A stretch of DNA of 63,568 nucleotides, the filler included, from Octopus bimaculoides (Eukaryota), in NCBI RefSeq assembly GCF_001194135.2. It is 4 parts of 3 records of this genome, joined end to end, with 100 filler letters (N's around TTAATTAATTAA, not from the genome) between each part and the next. Parts side by side here need not be neighbours in the genome. Positions count along the whole stretch, not along the records: positions 17,492 to 34,734 come from NC_068986.1; positions 34,835 to 59,096 come from NC_068986.1; 2 more parts are not named here. The stretch is one strand, 5' to 3'. Made by a program: the position numbers and the translations under genes. The notes beneath the pieces are model-generated. The model saw only the letters and a program-made list of their open reading frames with translations. It made no database searches and was not told the DNA's origin. Position 1 is the first letter of the stretch; each line of letters opens with the position of its first letter. Shown one piece after another: positions 23,673 through 35,170 of the stretch.

Positions 23673-24935
23673 GCCGAAGTAGAAGGTGAAATCCACCTCA
23701 GTCCCCGACATACCACGCACCCCGAACGGAAGTACTCCTGTGAAATTTCGTACGCATCTGGTTGGACTCGTGTAGCATACGCCTGTCTCAGCTCGATAAA
23801 GACCGAATTGTGGTTTTGTTGCCAGGTTGCACCTCCGCCACCCGGACCCATCGAACGACTTTTGTCCCCTTATGTCTTAGAGTACGCGCCCTACCACTGA
23901 CAATGCAACCATCGTGCTTGGCATTGAAAAATTAATCAACTGCCAACCTCGCCGCTTTCACGTCAGTAGCAATGCCACTCCTAAGCGTCTCATCTAGCTT
24001 CTTAACTAGCTCTCCCTCTAACCGAGATTCCTCTAAGGCTAGTTCCTTACGAAATCCCACTGCCTCTAATAGTCCTTTTCAGGGATATCCTATCTAGGTC
24101 GACTGTGCAGATCACAAATTTGTGGTCTGTGTAGCCGCCTACTTTGAGTTGTGGTCAACCTATGCTATTTCTATCTACTGTCCTACAGAATATCTTATCT
24201 AAATACGATCTGGAAGATCCTGTGTTGTTTGCCCATGTCCACATTGGCGCATTCGGCAAATACAGTCGGCACTTGTCAGCCAATTGGAAACGACTGAGCA
24301 GATTTGTGAGGCATTTGCAACTCCCTCTCCTATCAGCTATCCCCACCCTATCCAGGCATGCATCCAAAATGGCGTTCCAGTCGCCCACTAGAACTACAGA
24401 GCGAGACGTCCTAAGGAAAACCTCCAAACGTCTGAAGAAATCTGGCTGCCACGCTCCAGTTGGAGCGTGTACGGCGACTAGACTGAAAGCACCACTTTCG
24501 CTGCTGTTCAAAGCCAGGACTAGCAACTTACCTTTCGGGTCCAGGAAGATCGTCCTTACCTCGAGATCCAGGTTTTTCCTAAACAGAACTGCCACCCCGC
24601 CCCTCATTTCAGGCTGACTAAGAGATGCATAGATATCGAAATAGCAGAAAATGGGGGCTAGATCGCGTGGAAATCCTGGTGAACTGAGGTCGTTGAGCAG
24701 GCAAACCTGTTTCCAGGGTGACCCCAAACCAGTAACATTTATACTACCTACACTTAAACCTGCTATGATGAGCAGACAGAATTTAGAGAAAAGACACAAA
24801 GGGGAGACTATTTACCATTTGGGTGTCACTGGAGATGAGGTGGCTCAACGTCCATGAGTTATTGGGGAACCCCTTTAAAAGCCTACCCGTGACCTTCACA
24901 TTAGAGGTTCCCACGTCAGACGAGAAGCTTTCTAA
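23672..24935 (-). mobile_element. Tx1/L1-clade LINE fragment: AP endonuclease plus linker
   Basis: ORF 24155-24799: VGSINVTGL...GGVAVLF...VAVHAP...VLVGDWNAILD...MWTW...SYLDKIF, then GYTDHK; decayed linker continues to about 23672. Confidence 0.9.
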
Positions 24936-24959
24936 TGAATCTATATGCCTCTATAGGAA

Positions 24960-25084
24960 TCAATGATGATGATAAAGATAATGACGATGACGATGATGAT
25001 GATGATGATGACGACGATGACGACGACGACGACGACGACTACGACGACGACGACGACGAAGATGATGATGATGACGACGACGTA

Positions 25085-25119
<35 letters not shown>

Positions 25120-25206
25120 CGACCATGACGACCATGACGGCCATGACGACCATGACGACGATGATGATGACGTCGACGATGACGACGACGAAGACACGAC
25201 GATGAT
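24960..25206. repeat. (GAT)/(GAC) compound trinucleotide array
   Basis: Seen directly. Confidence 0.95.
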
Positions 25207-25599
25207 ATAATATATATATATAGCCGAGTACAGTTCTGGAATATAATCCACATCGAATGCCTTTGATCAGAAACCTGCATGCACGGACAAAGACAACAAT
25301 GAAGACAACAGCATTATTATAATTAAGACTTAATAAATCCTTTAGAATTAAGCGTTTTACTGGTGACAGTTTCTTTAGCTTACTGAGTTGAATATAAACC
25401 GTTTGTAGAAGAATAGCTTCTAACTAAATTGAAATGCATATACGTATACAGGTGGTCTTCCGCACAACTCTCCTCTACTAAACGCTTCTCATTAGGCATT
25501 GATCAGAACTGTGACGGAAATCATTTCAAGCGTGACGAAATAAATTGTTTTTCAAGAATGGTGTTACCAATCTTGAAAGGCTGAGAACTGGCAGAAACG

Positions 25600-25885
25600 T
25601 TAGCACACCATCTTTGGTACATTCACCCACCTTTTAATGAAACTTTCACGAGACAAAAACTGTCTCTCTATTCTCACATTCCTTTTCAAGTGATACTTGA
25701 AAAAGTTGATGAGCGATTGGCCAGAGAGGTAAGTTTTCGTCTCTAATCCTTTCGCTCGGGTCCACCACACACATTCTTTCACCATGGCCACCAGTATGAT
25801 GAACACTGCCTTGCCTTCCCTGTTGAGGGACGGTGGTGGAGCAATTTGCACAATAGACTCGGCTGACAGGCGGACTCGTCCCATA
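25600..25885 (-). mobile_element. Tx1/L1-clade LINE ORF2 C-terminal fragment
   Basis: [17 protein letters not shown]...[34 protein letters not shown] resembles the Tx1-type ORF2 end. Confidence 0.7.
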
Positions 25886-25886
25886 A

Positions 25887-25942
<56 letters not shown>

Positions 25943-26042
25943 GCAGACAGACAGACAGACAGACAGATGATAGATAAATGGATGGATGGATGAGTGGATG
26001 GACAGGTACTCAGACAGACAGACAGACAGACAGATAGATAGG

Positions 26043-26102
<60 letters not shown>

Positions 26103-26228
26103 CAGACAGACAGACAGACAGATAGATAGATAGATACATACATACATGCATACATACATGCATACATACATACATACATACATACATACATACATTCATA
26201 CATAGACAAACAGACAGACAGACAGATT
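25886..26228. repeat. (TAGA)/(CAGA)/(TGGA)/(CATA) tetranucleotide array
   Basis: Seen directly. Confidence 0.95.
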
Positions 26229-26847
26229 ATGAGAAATATACGTAGATGGAGAAAGACGGAAAGGTAAATGAAAGAAATACGAGGTGATGTGGAATGTATT
26301 TCCGATTATACATGAAAGATGTAATTTTTGAAAAACTGTTTCGTGCCATTGTCAAATTTGATCCGAATTCTAGTGATAGGCCGTTCGATATAGAATCTTC
26401 TAGTTTGGTCCCAATGGTGCTTGTAAGCTTCATTGACACGACACAGCGTCACGGACACGCACTCATACACACAGCTACACACACTAACATAAAAACACGC
26501 ATGCGTATATTGCTCACACAGACGAGTATAGAGTGAGAAGTATTCACGTATGTACGTGTAGAATTGATATGGCGGTGCGTCGAAAGAGTCCATAGAAGAA
26601 ATATGCGTTTGTTACAGCAGATTTATTGGTGTAGTGCATAGGTTTAGCGGGTAAGTGTGGATAATAGGTGAGATTGTAGTTTAGTAATAAAGTGTTATAT
26701 TGTGAATGAGAAAGTGAGTATGGAGAGGAAGAAAAGAAAGTGAGAGAAAAAGTGAGTGTATTGTAGGGAGTGAGAGACGGAGCGGAAGATTCTGGAAGAG
26801 AAAGTGAGAGAGAAAAAACAGAGAAAAAGAGAAGGTAAGAGTGAGTA

Positions 26848-27075
26848 CAGTAATCCCTCGATTATCGCGGGTGTTATGTTCCAACCCCACCCCTACCCTG
26901 CGATAGGTGAAAATCCGCGAAGTGGAAACAGTACTATATTGTATTTTAGTTTTATTATTTTTATAATTTGTATATATTTATTTTATTATAAATGCAAAAC
27001 AACACCACGGAGGAATCGAAGTAAGCTTAAATAATAAACTGAGATAGGTGAACCGCGATTGGTGAGGGATTAGTG
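26848..27075. mobile_element. pogo/Tigger-type MITE
   Basis: TA|CAGTAATCCCTCGATTATCGCG ... CGCGATTGGTGAGGGATTAGTG|TA: TIRs with TA duplication. Confidence 0.8.
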
Positions 27076-27184
27076 TAAAAGGAAGAGGCAGAAATAACGA
27101 GAGAAAAAGGAGGGAAATAGGATAATAGAAAACTACCAGTACAAGACAGAGAGAAAGTGAAAGAAAAAGTACGTGTATTGTAGA

Positions 27185-27236
<52 letters not shown>

Positions 27237-27262
27237 NNNNNNNNNNAGAGAGAGAGAAAGAA

Positions 27263-27308
<46 letters not shown>

Positions 27309-27510
27309 TGGTATGCAGAAATAGAAAGATGGAGAAAGGAATACAGAGAAAGAGAGAGTGAGAGCGTGAATAGAGAAGGAGGAAAAAGAAACTGAGAGAA
27401 ATTAAAGAGACATACTAGGCAGAAAAAAGAGTGAGAGAAAAACATAAAGAATGAAAGAGACGAGAGAAAGGGGGAAGAGAGAAATGAAGAGAAAAAGACG
27501 GAAGCAGTCT

Positions 27511-27962
27511 GAGAGAGATAGAGAGAGGTAGATAGAGAGAGAGAGAGAGGTAGATAGAGAGAGAGAGAAGTAGATAGAGAGAGAAGTAGATAGAGAGAGA
27601 GAGAGGTAGATAGAGAGAGAGAGAGGTAGATAGAGAGAGAGAGAGGTAGATAGAGAGAGGTAGATAGAGAGAGAGAGAGAGGTAGATATATATAGAGAGA
27701 GAGGTAGATAGAGAGAGAGAGGTAGATAGAGAGAGAGAGGTAGATAGAGAGAGAGAGAGAGGTAGTTAGAGAGAGAGGTAGATAGAGAGAGAGGTAGATA
27801 GAGAGAGAGAGAGGTAGATAGAGAGAGAGGTAGATAGAGAGAGAGGTAGATAGAGAGAGAGAGGTAGATAGAGAGAGAGAGAGGTAGATAGAGAGAGAGA
27901 GAGGTAGAGAGAGAGAGAGAGAGGTAGATAGAGAGAGAGAGAGGTAGATAGAGAGAGAGAGA
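27511..27962. repeat. Higher-order microsatellite GGTAGATA(GA)n
   Basis: More than 20 GGTAGATA units separated by variable (GA)n. Confidence 0.9.
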
Positions 27963-28569
27963 CAAACGTGTGTGTATATGTGTGTAAGTCTTTGTGTATG
28001 TGTATTTGCAGAGAATGAGAGATAAAAAAAAGAGAGAAAGAGCGAGAGAAAGATAGTGAGAGAGAAAAAGAAAACGAGAGAAACAAAGAGAGAAAACATT
28101 ATGGACAAAGAGAGAAGTAAAAGTGGAAGAAAGAGATGGAGTTTGAAAAGAGTAAGAAATATAGAAAGAAAACTTAATAAACAAGAAAGAAGGAGGGACA
28201 GACAGAAAAAAAATATGCTGAGGAAAATGAAATATAGAGAATTAAAAGACAGATATATAGGAAAAAGAAAGAAAAGATTGGACGGAAAAAGAAACAAACA
28301 AGCAAAAGGAAAAATATAAGAAGGAAGAAATCATAATAAGTGAAACACGGAAAGCAGACGGTAAAAGGAAGAATGAATAAATGAAAAAAAAAACAAATAA
28401 AGAAATGTCTATTGCCACTTAAACACGGCTGTTCCGCAGGAACCGACGTTACTGCTATTTTTAATCCCCAGGAGAATGCCTCCTCCAGCTAGCTATTCGA
28501 TGCAGTTTGTACCCGATATATATATTGCAAGCAGGGAAGTGAACTCCCTACCATCTTCCAGTCATGATA

Positions 28570-28618
28570 CCACCAGACCCTATGGTTTCGACCTCTTTCT
28601 GGTCATCTTCAGTGGCGG
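28570..28618 (-). ncRNA. Type-I hammerhead ribozyme, canonical core
   Basis: Minus strand: stem I CCGCCA/UGGUGG; CUGAAGA plus extra U; stem II GACC/GGUC (loop AGAAAGA); GAAA; stem III ACC/GGU (loop AUAG); GUC cleavage after 28576. Confidence 0.8.
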
Positions 28619-29094
28619 ATACTCGCACGCTGGAGATAGCAATAGTTCACTCCAGCTCGCAATACATAGAAAACCAAGTGACATACAGTCACTGATTTTG
28701 CAAAAAGCAAAGGAATAAAGAAAGGGAAAAGGAAAAAACTTAAAAAGTGAGGTAATATGAATATAGGAGATTGAAAGATTGAATGGAGAGAGGGAATTGT
28801 TCAGGGACACTTGCTGCATGAAAACTTAATCGTAAAGTCTTAGTATATTTGATGTAGAAAAGAAATCAAGAAATTTAAAATTATCAAAAATACATCATGA
28901 GCAATGAAAACATTCTTAATTTAAATTACAAATTTTGAGTAAATAAGACAATGGGGAGAATTTCAATTTATCAAAATTAATTAAAAAGAAAATAAATTAG
29001 AGAGTTTCTGATCTTTGGCACCTAATAAGAGGTTTTGGATTACATTAGGATTGGGAAATTTACAGCTGCCTTCAGGATACTCAAGCACGTAGAG

Positions 29095-29241
29095 CAATGT
29101 TTCCCAACCTATTTTCCCCCAGGCTCCACTATAACTTTCCACAATAATGTAGCCCACCCCCCACCAGTGCTTGGAACAATTATAAGTGTAATATGTTTGC
29201 TGTGTAAATAAAATTTTCACAATTCCAGGATTAAGAACCTT
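29095..29241. mobile_element. Possible hAT-type MITE remnant
   Basis: Left end CAATGTTTCCCAACC preceded by TAGAG; right end only weakly matches (GATTAAGAACC). Confidence 0.3.
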
Positions 29242-29604
29242 AGGGGCCCTAGGCACTTAAGAGATTTTGGTGTCTCCATAATTATGTAATTCAAAATATA
29301 GACAATAATAAACCATAAAATATTATTTCTAGTTTTTAAATGAAATAAAACTAACAGTAAGATGGAAAATGATGTTTATTTTTGTACGCTTGTAAGTTTT
29401 CTTTCGCCTTTTTTAATTGCAAAATCGTTGATCGGGTCCTTATTATGACACCATGGAGACTTCGAAATTACATTTCCGATCATATAAACCACTTCGAAAA
29501 TTATTTCAGCAAGTTTAAAGTGATTACTTTTGTGCCGTACACCATTTACCATTTCGGTGCTACACCCCTTCCCTTGATGTTTTAATTACGTGCTTATTTT
29601 GCTT

Positions 29605-29960
29605 AATGGGTAATCCAGCGCTGTCTCCGGAAAATCTTTCGGGTGAGATGCCAAGAAAACCTCGCAAACAAAGCCTTGTGGAACAGACCAACAAACAACC
29701 TATCGGATCTCAAATCAAGAAAATGAAATGAGATTGCCTGGAAACATCCACTGTGGAAATATGTTTCCAGTACTACAAGGCAAACCCACTGATGGACATC
29801 CCATGTTAAACGTAAACGTGGTGGACCAAAACCAACATGGAGCAGGCTTACAAAGACTGAAGCACTTGCAGGTGGGTACTTCCAGGAACAATTGCTGCTC
29901 ATTGCAGAGAGATGGAGATTATCTTATTGGTGTCTTATGCTCTGGTGTTAAAGAATTAAG
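29605..29960 (+). mobile_element. RTE-clade LINE 3' fragment
   Basis: Frameshifted IQRCLRKIFRV...ALW / EQTNKQPIGSQIKK / KRKRGGPKPTW, typical of the RTE ORF C-terminus. Confidence 0.75.
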
Positions 29961-30742
29961 GAGGAAGAGTAGCAGGAGCAGAGGAGAATGAGGAGGAAGC
30001 GGAGGAGGAGCAGAGTGAAGAGGAGCAGAATGAAGAGGAGGAGCAGAATAAGAAGGAAGGGGAAGAGGAGGAGCATAATGAGGAAGAGCAGCAGAAGGAA
30101 GAGAAAGAGGCGGAGGAAGGGGAAGGAGAAGAAGGAAGAAAAGTAGTCTAACATAGTAACTAGATAAATATAGGGTTCAGTTGTGAATGAACAAGAGGCA
30201 TAAATGAAAGGACAGGTGTAAAATTTAATAGTAAAGTAGGAAGTACGCAGTTAATGTAGTAAGTTACAGAACGTTAATTAATTAAAATCTCACCTTTAGT
30301 GAATATAGCAACCATTATCTAATTAATTTATTCTTTTTCTTAACCAGAATTAGTAATTTAGATAATGATTGTACACATCAGTAAATTAATTAAAATTTGT
30401 TGGTTTATGTTCTCGTCAGTTTGCGATGAAGATAATAAAATCGAGGGAGAGAGAGAGAGGAAGAGAGAGGGTGAAGTTTAGGGAAAAAGGGAAAGGAGAT
30501 GTAGGAAAAGGAGAGAGAGAGAGAGAGAGAGAGATAGAGAGAGAGAGAAAGAGAAGAGAAAAAGAGGTGGAGACACAGTGAGGAGAGAGAAGAAAGGAGA
30601 TAGAGATAGAAGATGAGGAAATTGGTATCTAAGTATTCAGCAAACGTGGGTTTCTACTGAAGACAATTCTCTCCAGGCCCTCTCTACGCAAAGAATTTCA
30701 TATTGTTCTGCTCCACATTCTGAAAATATTTCCGAATACATT

Positions 30743-30790
30743 AGGCATCTGACGATGGCCGGGATATACAACGGCCGGAATGTTGTTCTA
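30743..30790 (+). ncRNA. Degenerate hammerhead relic, related to 4541-4588
   Basis: CUGACGA+U, stem II GGCCG/CGGCC with 10-nt loop, GGAA instead of GAAA, broken stem I; downstream AACAACAAAGATGAAGAC resembles the 4590 flank. Confidence 0.5.
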
Positions 30791-30869
30791 TAACAACAAA
30801 GATGAAGACATTAACCCGAGTGTTTCAGTTCGTTATGATAAATGGACGTAAATACAAGCATATAACTCA

Positions 30870-31740
30870 ACATTGAAAAACTGTTCCCCAAACAAAAAGA
30901 TTGTGCGTCACGGGTTTTCCTGTCTTCCCTGTTCCATATAACAAATGCTAAAAAAAACCTAGATATTGGTGAAAATGTACCATACAAAGGTACGGTGGAC
31001 AAAGATAAAAAATATTCCCAGATTTATGGTAATAAATCAGAGCTTTGCACTTACAAGACAATATCTCACACTGCATTTGCAGCAACTGTACTGATTCCAT
31101 CATTTGGTATGATCGATAGATCTATAGAGAAAATCCTCTCGATATACATTAAAACCCAGAAGATGCTAACATTGTCTGCAAATTTCCGAAGAAACAACAG
31201 ACTTTATCTCAACTTTATCTGCATGGACAATCTTTATCGCAAAAGAAAAGAATGAAGACGCTTCAGATCAAACTTCGAGTGCGTTTGATGTAGTTCAGAT
31301 AGCAACCACCTAACAATCACAGCAAAAATAAATACGTCAACTAAATGTTAAAGATTGAAGCCAAAACCATCCTGCGAATCGGCAGTGAACTCCTCAAAAT
31401 GCATTTCCTTTCTAGTGGCTTACCTTAGCAACGCAGAAGTGCAGGGCTAATATATCTGGAAGAAGAACACTGTATATAACACAAAAATATTATGCATGGG
31501 TGTGTTTCAGATAAACTAGAAAAGGATGACAATATTTATATGAGGTGTCTGCTACATCTCGTCACATCGTGAAGGCTGTAGTTTTGCAATCCAAGAGGAT
31601 GAGAAAACAACTTATATTCCATGAACTAAAAGGACAGTAAAGCCCTTAGGTTCCCAAGATCCAACGCAAGAGTCGACTATATAACATTTCTGATGAGAAT
31701 ATAACATATGTATTCAACAGCTGTCCAGAAATGTCATTGA
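30870..31740 (+). mobile_element. Decayed Penelope-like element C-terminus (GIY-YIG region) and terminal repeat
   Basis: VPYKG..., ANIVCKFP, NLYRKRKE* in the order expected for a PLE linker/GIY-YIG; ends in a hammerhead relic. Confidence 0.45.
31684..31734 (+). ncRNA. Degenerate hammerhead relic
   Basis: CUGAUGA (31690-31696), stem II GAAUA/UAUUC, GAAA reduced to AA, palindrome ACAGCUGU followed by C (GUC). Confidence 0.5.
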
Positions 31741-31922
31741 GATACTAGGTCTCACTGTGACACGATATTATTGCTTAAACAATATAGAATGCCCACCAGG
31801 GAAAAACCGCTCTGAGATAAATATGCAAACACCTCTGTTCCGGAATATATACATAAATATCAACACACGGAATATTAAATAAATATAAACTATGACAGTT
31901 ATTTGGGGAACAAAAAAAAAAC

Positions 31923-31989
31923 CGTGTGCAGCCATAAAAATCGTGTGCAGCCATAAAAATCGTGTGCAGCCATAAAAATCGTGTGCAGC
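31923..31989. repeat. 19-bp minisatellite, 3.5 copies (CGTGTGCAGCCATAAAAAT)
   Basis: Perfect tandem copies with no spacers. Confidence 0.95.
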
Positions 31990-32393
31990 AAATGTAAATA
32001 TCTCTTCAAAATCATTGAGATGGAGAATATCTTTGGACAACTGATTCGAAACCTGCACGTCTCTACCCCAGTTTGTATTTATACAAATAATTATTTGTAT
32101 TATAATCAATGGTACACCCGAGTATATTAGTAAATCTCTAAGTCACAATCTGGAAAAGCTAAGATTTTTCAAGCAAAGAAAGAGAGTGGTCAATGCGATA
32201 TTTGAAGACACAATCTGTAAGTGGAATAGTAAAACTACGCAAGACATTCTTCGAGTTTGATACGTAAAAACCACAGCTATCGTTATCCTACATCCAACGA
32301 TGTTAAGAGCTAGATCCCATCTTCTAAGTAAAAAGAAGTAAAAGTACACGCACACACAGATATGTACATACTGCGCAAGCGCATACTGTGATA

Positions 32394-32467
<74 letters not shown>

Positions 32468-32586
32468 AAAGTAGAGAGAGACAGACAAACAGCTGGATAG
32501 ATGCATATACATGTCTTTGTGCATTTGTGTGTAGACATAAACACACGAACACTAGCATGCACACACCTCTCTATGGAAGAGAGACC

Positions 32587-32617
<31 letters not shown>

Positions 32618-33722
32618 TGAAAGAGAGAGAGAAATAGAGAGAGAGAGAGAGAGAGAGAGGCAGACAGACAGACAGACAGATATAGAGGCAGATTAATATT
32701 ATTGGAGAGAGATTAAAGAATGGAGATCGAAGAATAAATGAAAATGATTTCAAGAATAAAATGCTGTAAAGGAACAAGAAAAATGAAAGATAACAAGGAG
32801 CCATAGAGATAGAGATAGAGACAGAGATAAATAGAGAGAAAGAGAGATGGAGACAGAGAAAGGGAAAAAGAGAGAGAGAGGGGGAGAGAGAGATGAAAAA
32901 AAGAAGATGTCTAAAAAAGAACCTGTCAGAAAGGACAAAATAAGGGAAAGAGGAAGAGATAGGAGCGAAAGAAAAGGTGAAAAATAAGAAATGGAAACAA
33001 TGAATGAAATGTAAATGAAGAAAAGGAGAAAAAGAAAACTGAGAAAAGACAGAAATAGTGGCAAAAATGACAAAAAATGTCAAAAAGAATGAAAGCGAGA
33101 GAGAGAAGCAAACAGACTGAGAGAAGGAACTTGAGAGAAGGAGCTTGAGAGAAGGGGAGAGTGTGAGGAGGAGGAACAAAAGAAATACAGACGGAAAGAA
33201 AATACAGAAGTGAAACCAACACTTTGGCATGTTTACATCGATGAATGCTTCCCTGGTTCAATTCACTCCTCCGCTATTCACTTTGTATAACAAAAGTGAC
33301 ATTGATGGTAACAAGGTAGCAGTTTGCATACAAATCTTGATTCGCTAGTTTTGTGTACTTTTTTTTTACTTAAAATTTTTTTTTTTAATCTCCCTACGCA
33401 GTTTTGCATTCTCTATGTTTGTAAGAAAGTTCGTTAAAATTCCGGATCTAGTCATGCTTGAAAAACTTGAAGACACATATGTATTTATATTCGTTCGAAA
33501 TCAGAAATTTATATATGTATAACACGTATAGATATGAGGATATATGTATATGCGTGAAATGAGCACATTCATTCGCATTCATCCACATACACATGTACAT
33601 AAATACACATGAGTATAAATACAGGCACACATATACTGTATATATATATATATATATATATATACTAACACACACACACACACACAAACACATACGCGCA
33701 CACTTATCTATACTTATATATG

Positions 33723-33764
<42 letters not shown>

Positions 33765-33868
33765 AGTGTGTGTGTATGTGCGTGTGTGCGAGCGTATGTC
33801 TCGGGTATGATTTACACATCACATTCATTTCTTGAGTATACAAACACATATCTTATTCNNNNNNNNNN

Positions 33869-33913
<45 letters not shown>

Positions 33914-33930
33914 GTATGTATAAATATATA

Positions 33931-34731
33931 TTGGGTTGGCAAGAAAGTAATTTCGGTCTTTTAGTGTGAAATAAAAGTAAGTTTTCCTTTATACAAAGAA
34001 TTAACTTTAATCAATAATCTATTTTCCATTTTGTTTGATGACCTTTTGCCATCTTTTTGGCAACTTCATGTTATTCCGCGCTCATAGAACTTCTGGTCCT
34101 TATCAGCAAAAAACTGATTCAAGTGCGATTTCAGGTCATCATCGTTATTGAAAATTTTACCATTCAAAGAATTTTGCAAACTTCGGAATAAGTGGCAAGC
34201 TGATTGTCTATTGTCAAGGCTATATGGTGGATGTGACATCACTTCCCAACCAAGCTCCAAGTTAGCAAAGACGTGTGTAGTCTAGCATTGTCATGATGGA
34301 ACACAATTCCTTTAAGAATTGCCAATCCTGACCGTTTTTCTTTGATAGCTTCCTCCAGTTTCATTAGTTGTTGATTGTAAACATATGAATTGATCGTTTG
34401 GTTCCTTGGAAGCTACTAAAAAAATACACATCTTCGTAATCTGAAATGTGCGTTTAAGCAATCAACACCATAAACATCACATGTCTCTTGCTTTTACGGA
34501 AATCAAAAAGCAAAATATGGCGTCAATGTTCTTCTTTGCACTACACATTAAAATTGACACTGAACTAACAGCTGTAAACCAAATTATGCTGAATTTACTT
34601 CTAAAATAAACTAAAAGTAACGGTTATCAAATGTCAAAAGCAAAAAATCATAACATTGACAAAAGACATAAAAAAATCGTAACTATTTGCGAAAAACTTC
34701 CAAAAACAAAATTACTTTCTAGCCAAACCAA
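33931..34731 (-). mobile_element. Internally deleted mariner element with both TIRs
   Basis: TA|TTGGGTTGGCAAGAAAGTAATTTCGGTC ... AAATTACTTTCTAGCCAAACCAA|TA; remnant ELGWEVMSHPPYS...HLFRSLQNSLNGK...FYERGI. Confidence 0.9.
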
Positions 34732-34834
34732 TATNNNNNNNNNNNNNNNNNNNNNNNNNNNNNNNNNNNNNNNNNNNNTTAATTAATTAANNNNNNNNNN
34801 NNNNNNNNNNNNNNNNNNNNNNNNNNNNNNNNNN

Positions 34835-35170
34835 AAGAACCTACATAAAAGTGAGTATTTTTGGGAGTACTAACTTGACATTGGTAGATAGTGTTTCTGA
34901 GTTTCACATTTTCAATTAAAAAACTAATTCTTTTGGAATTGACTTCTGAAATGATGATTTTGTTGTTATGACTATTACTATTATGTGTCGTGTTATTAAT
35001 ATTGTTCCCTATATTATTATTATTAATGTTATTATTGTTATTTTGGTAAGGGTTAATAATGTTTGGTTCAATGATATTACTGTTTGAACTCTCTAGTGGA
35101 TGCAAAAGCTTCATATTGTGTGCAGATATTATCTGTGAAATGTTCTTCATGTTAGAGAAACCGAATCTAA
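34835..35170 (-). mobile_element. Penelope-like element fragment (linker to start of GIY-YIG)
   Basis: MKNISQIISAHNMKLL ... IYQCQVSTPKNTHFYVGS, then runs into a gap. Confidence 0.7.

Noticed and set aside
24935-25210. Poly-Asp ORF resembling acidic biomineralisation proteins
   Set aside because: A pure (GAT/GAC) array between TE fragments, with no signal peptide or splice context; similar arrays occur elsewhere in the window.
26978-28297. 439-aa minus-strand ORF
   Set aside because: Antisense of a purine-rich repeat (stop codons are scarce in CT-rich sequence); spans a gap.
31923-31989. Short direct repeats as a possible CRISPR array
   Set aside because: No spacers, only 19 bp, eukaryotic context.
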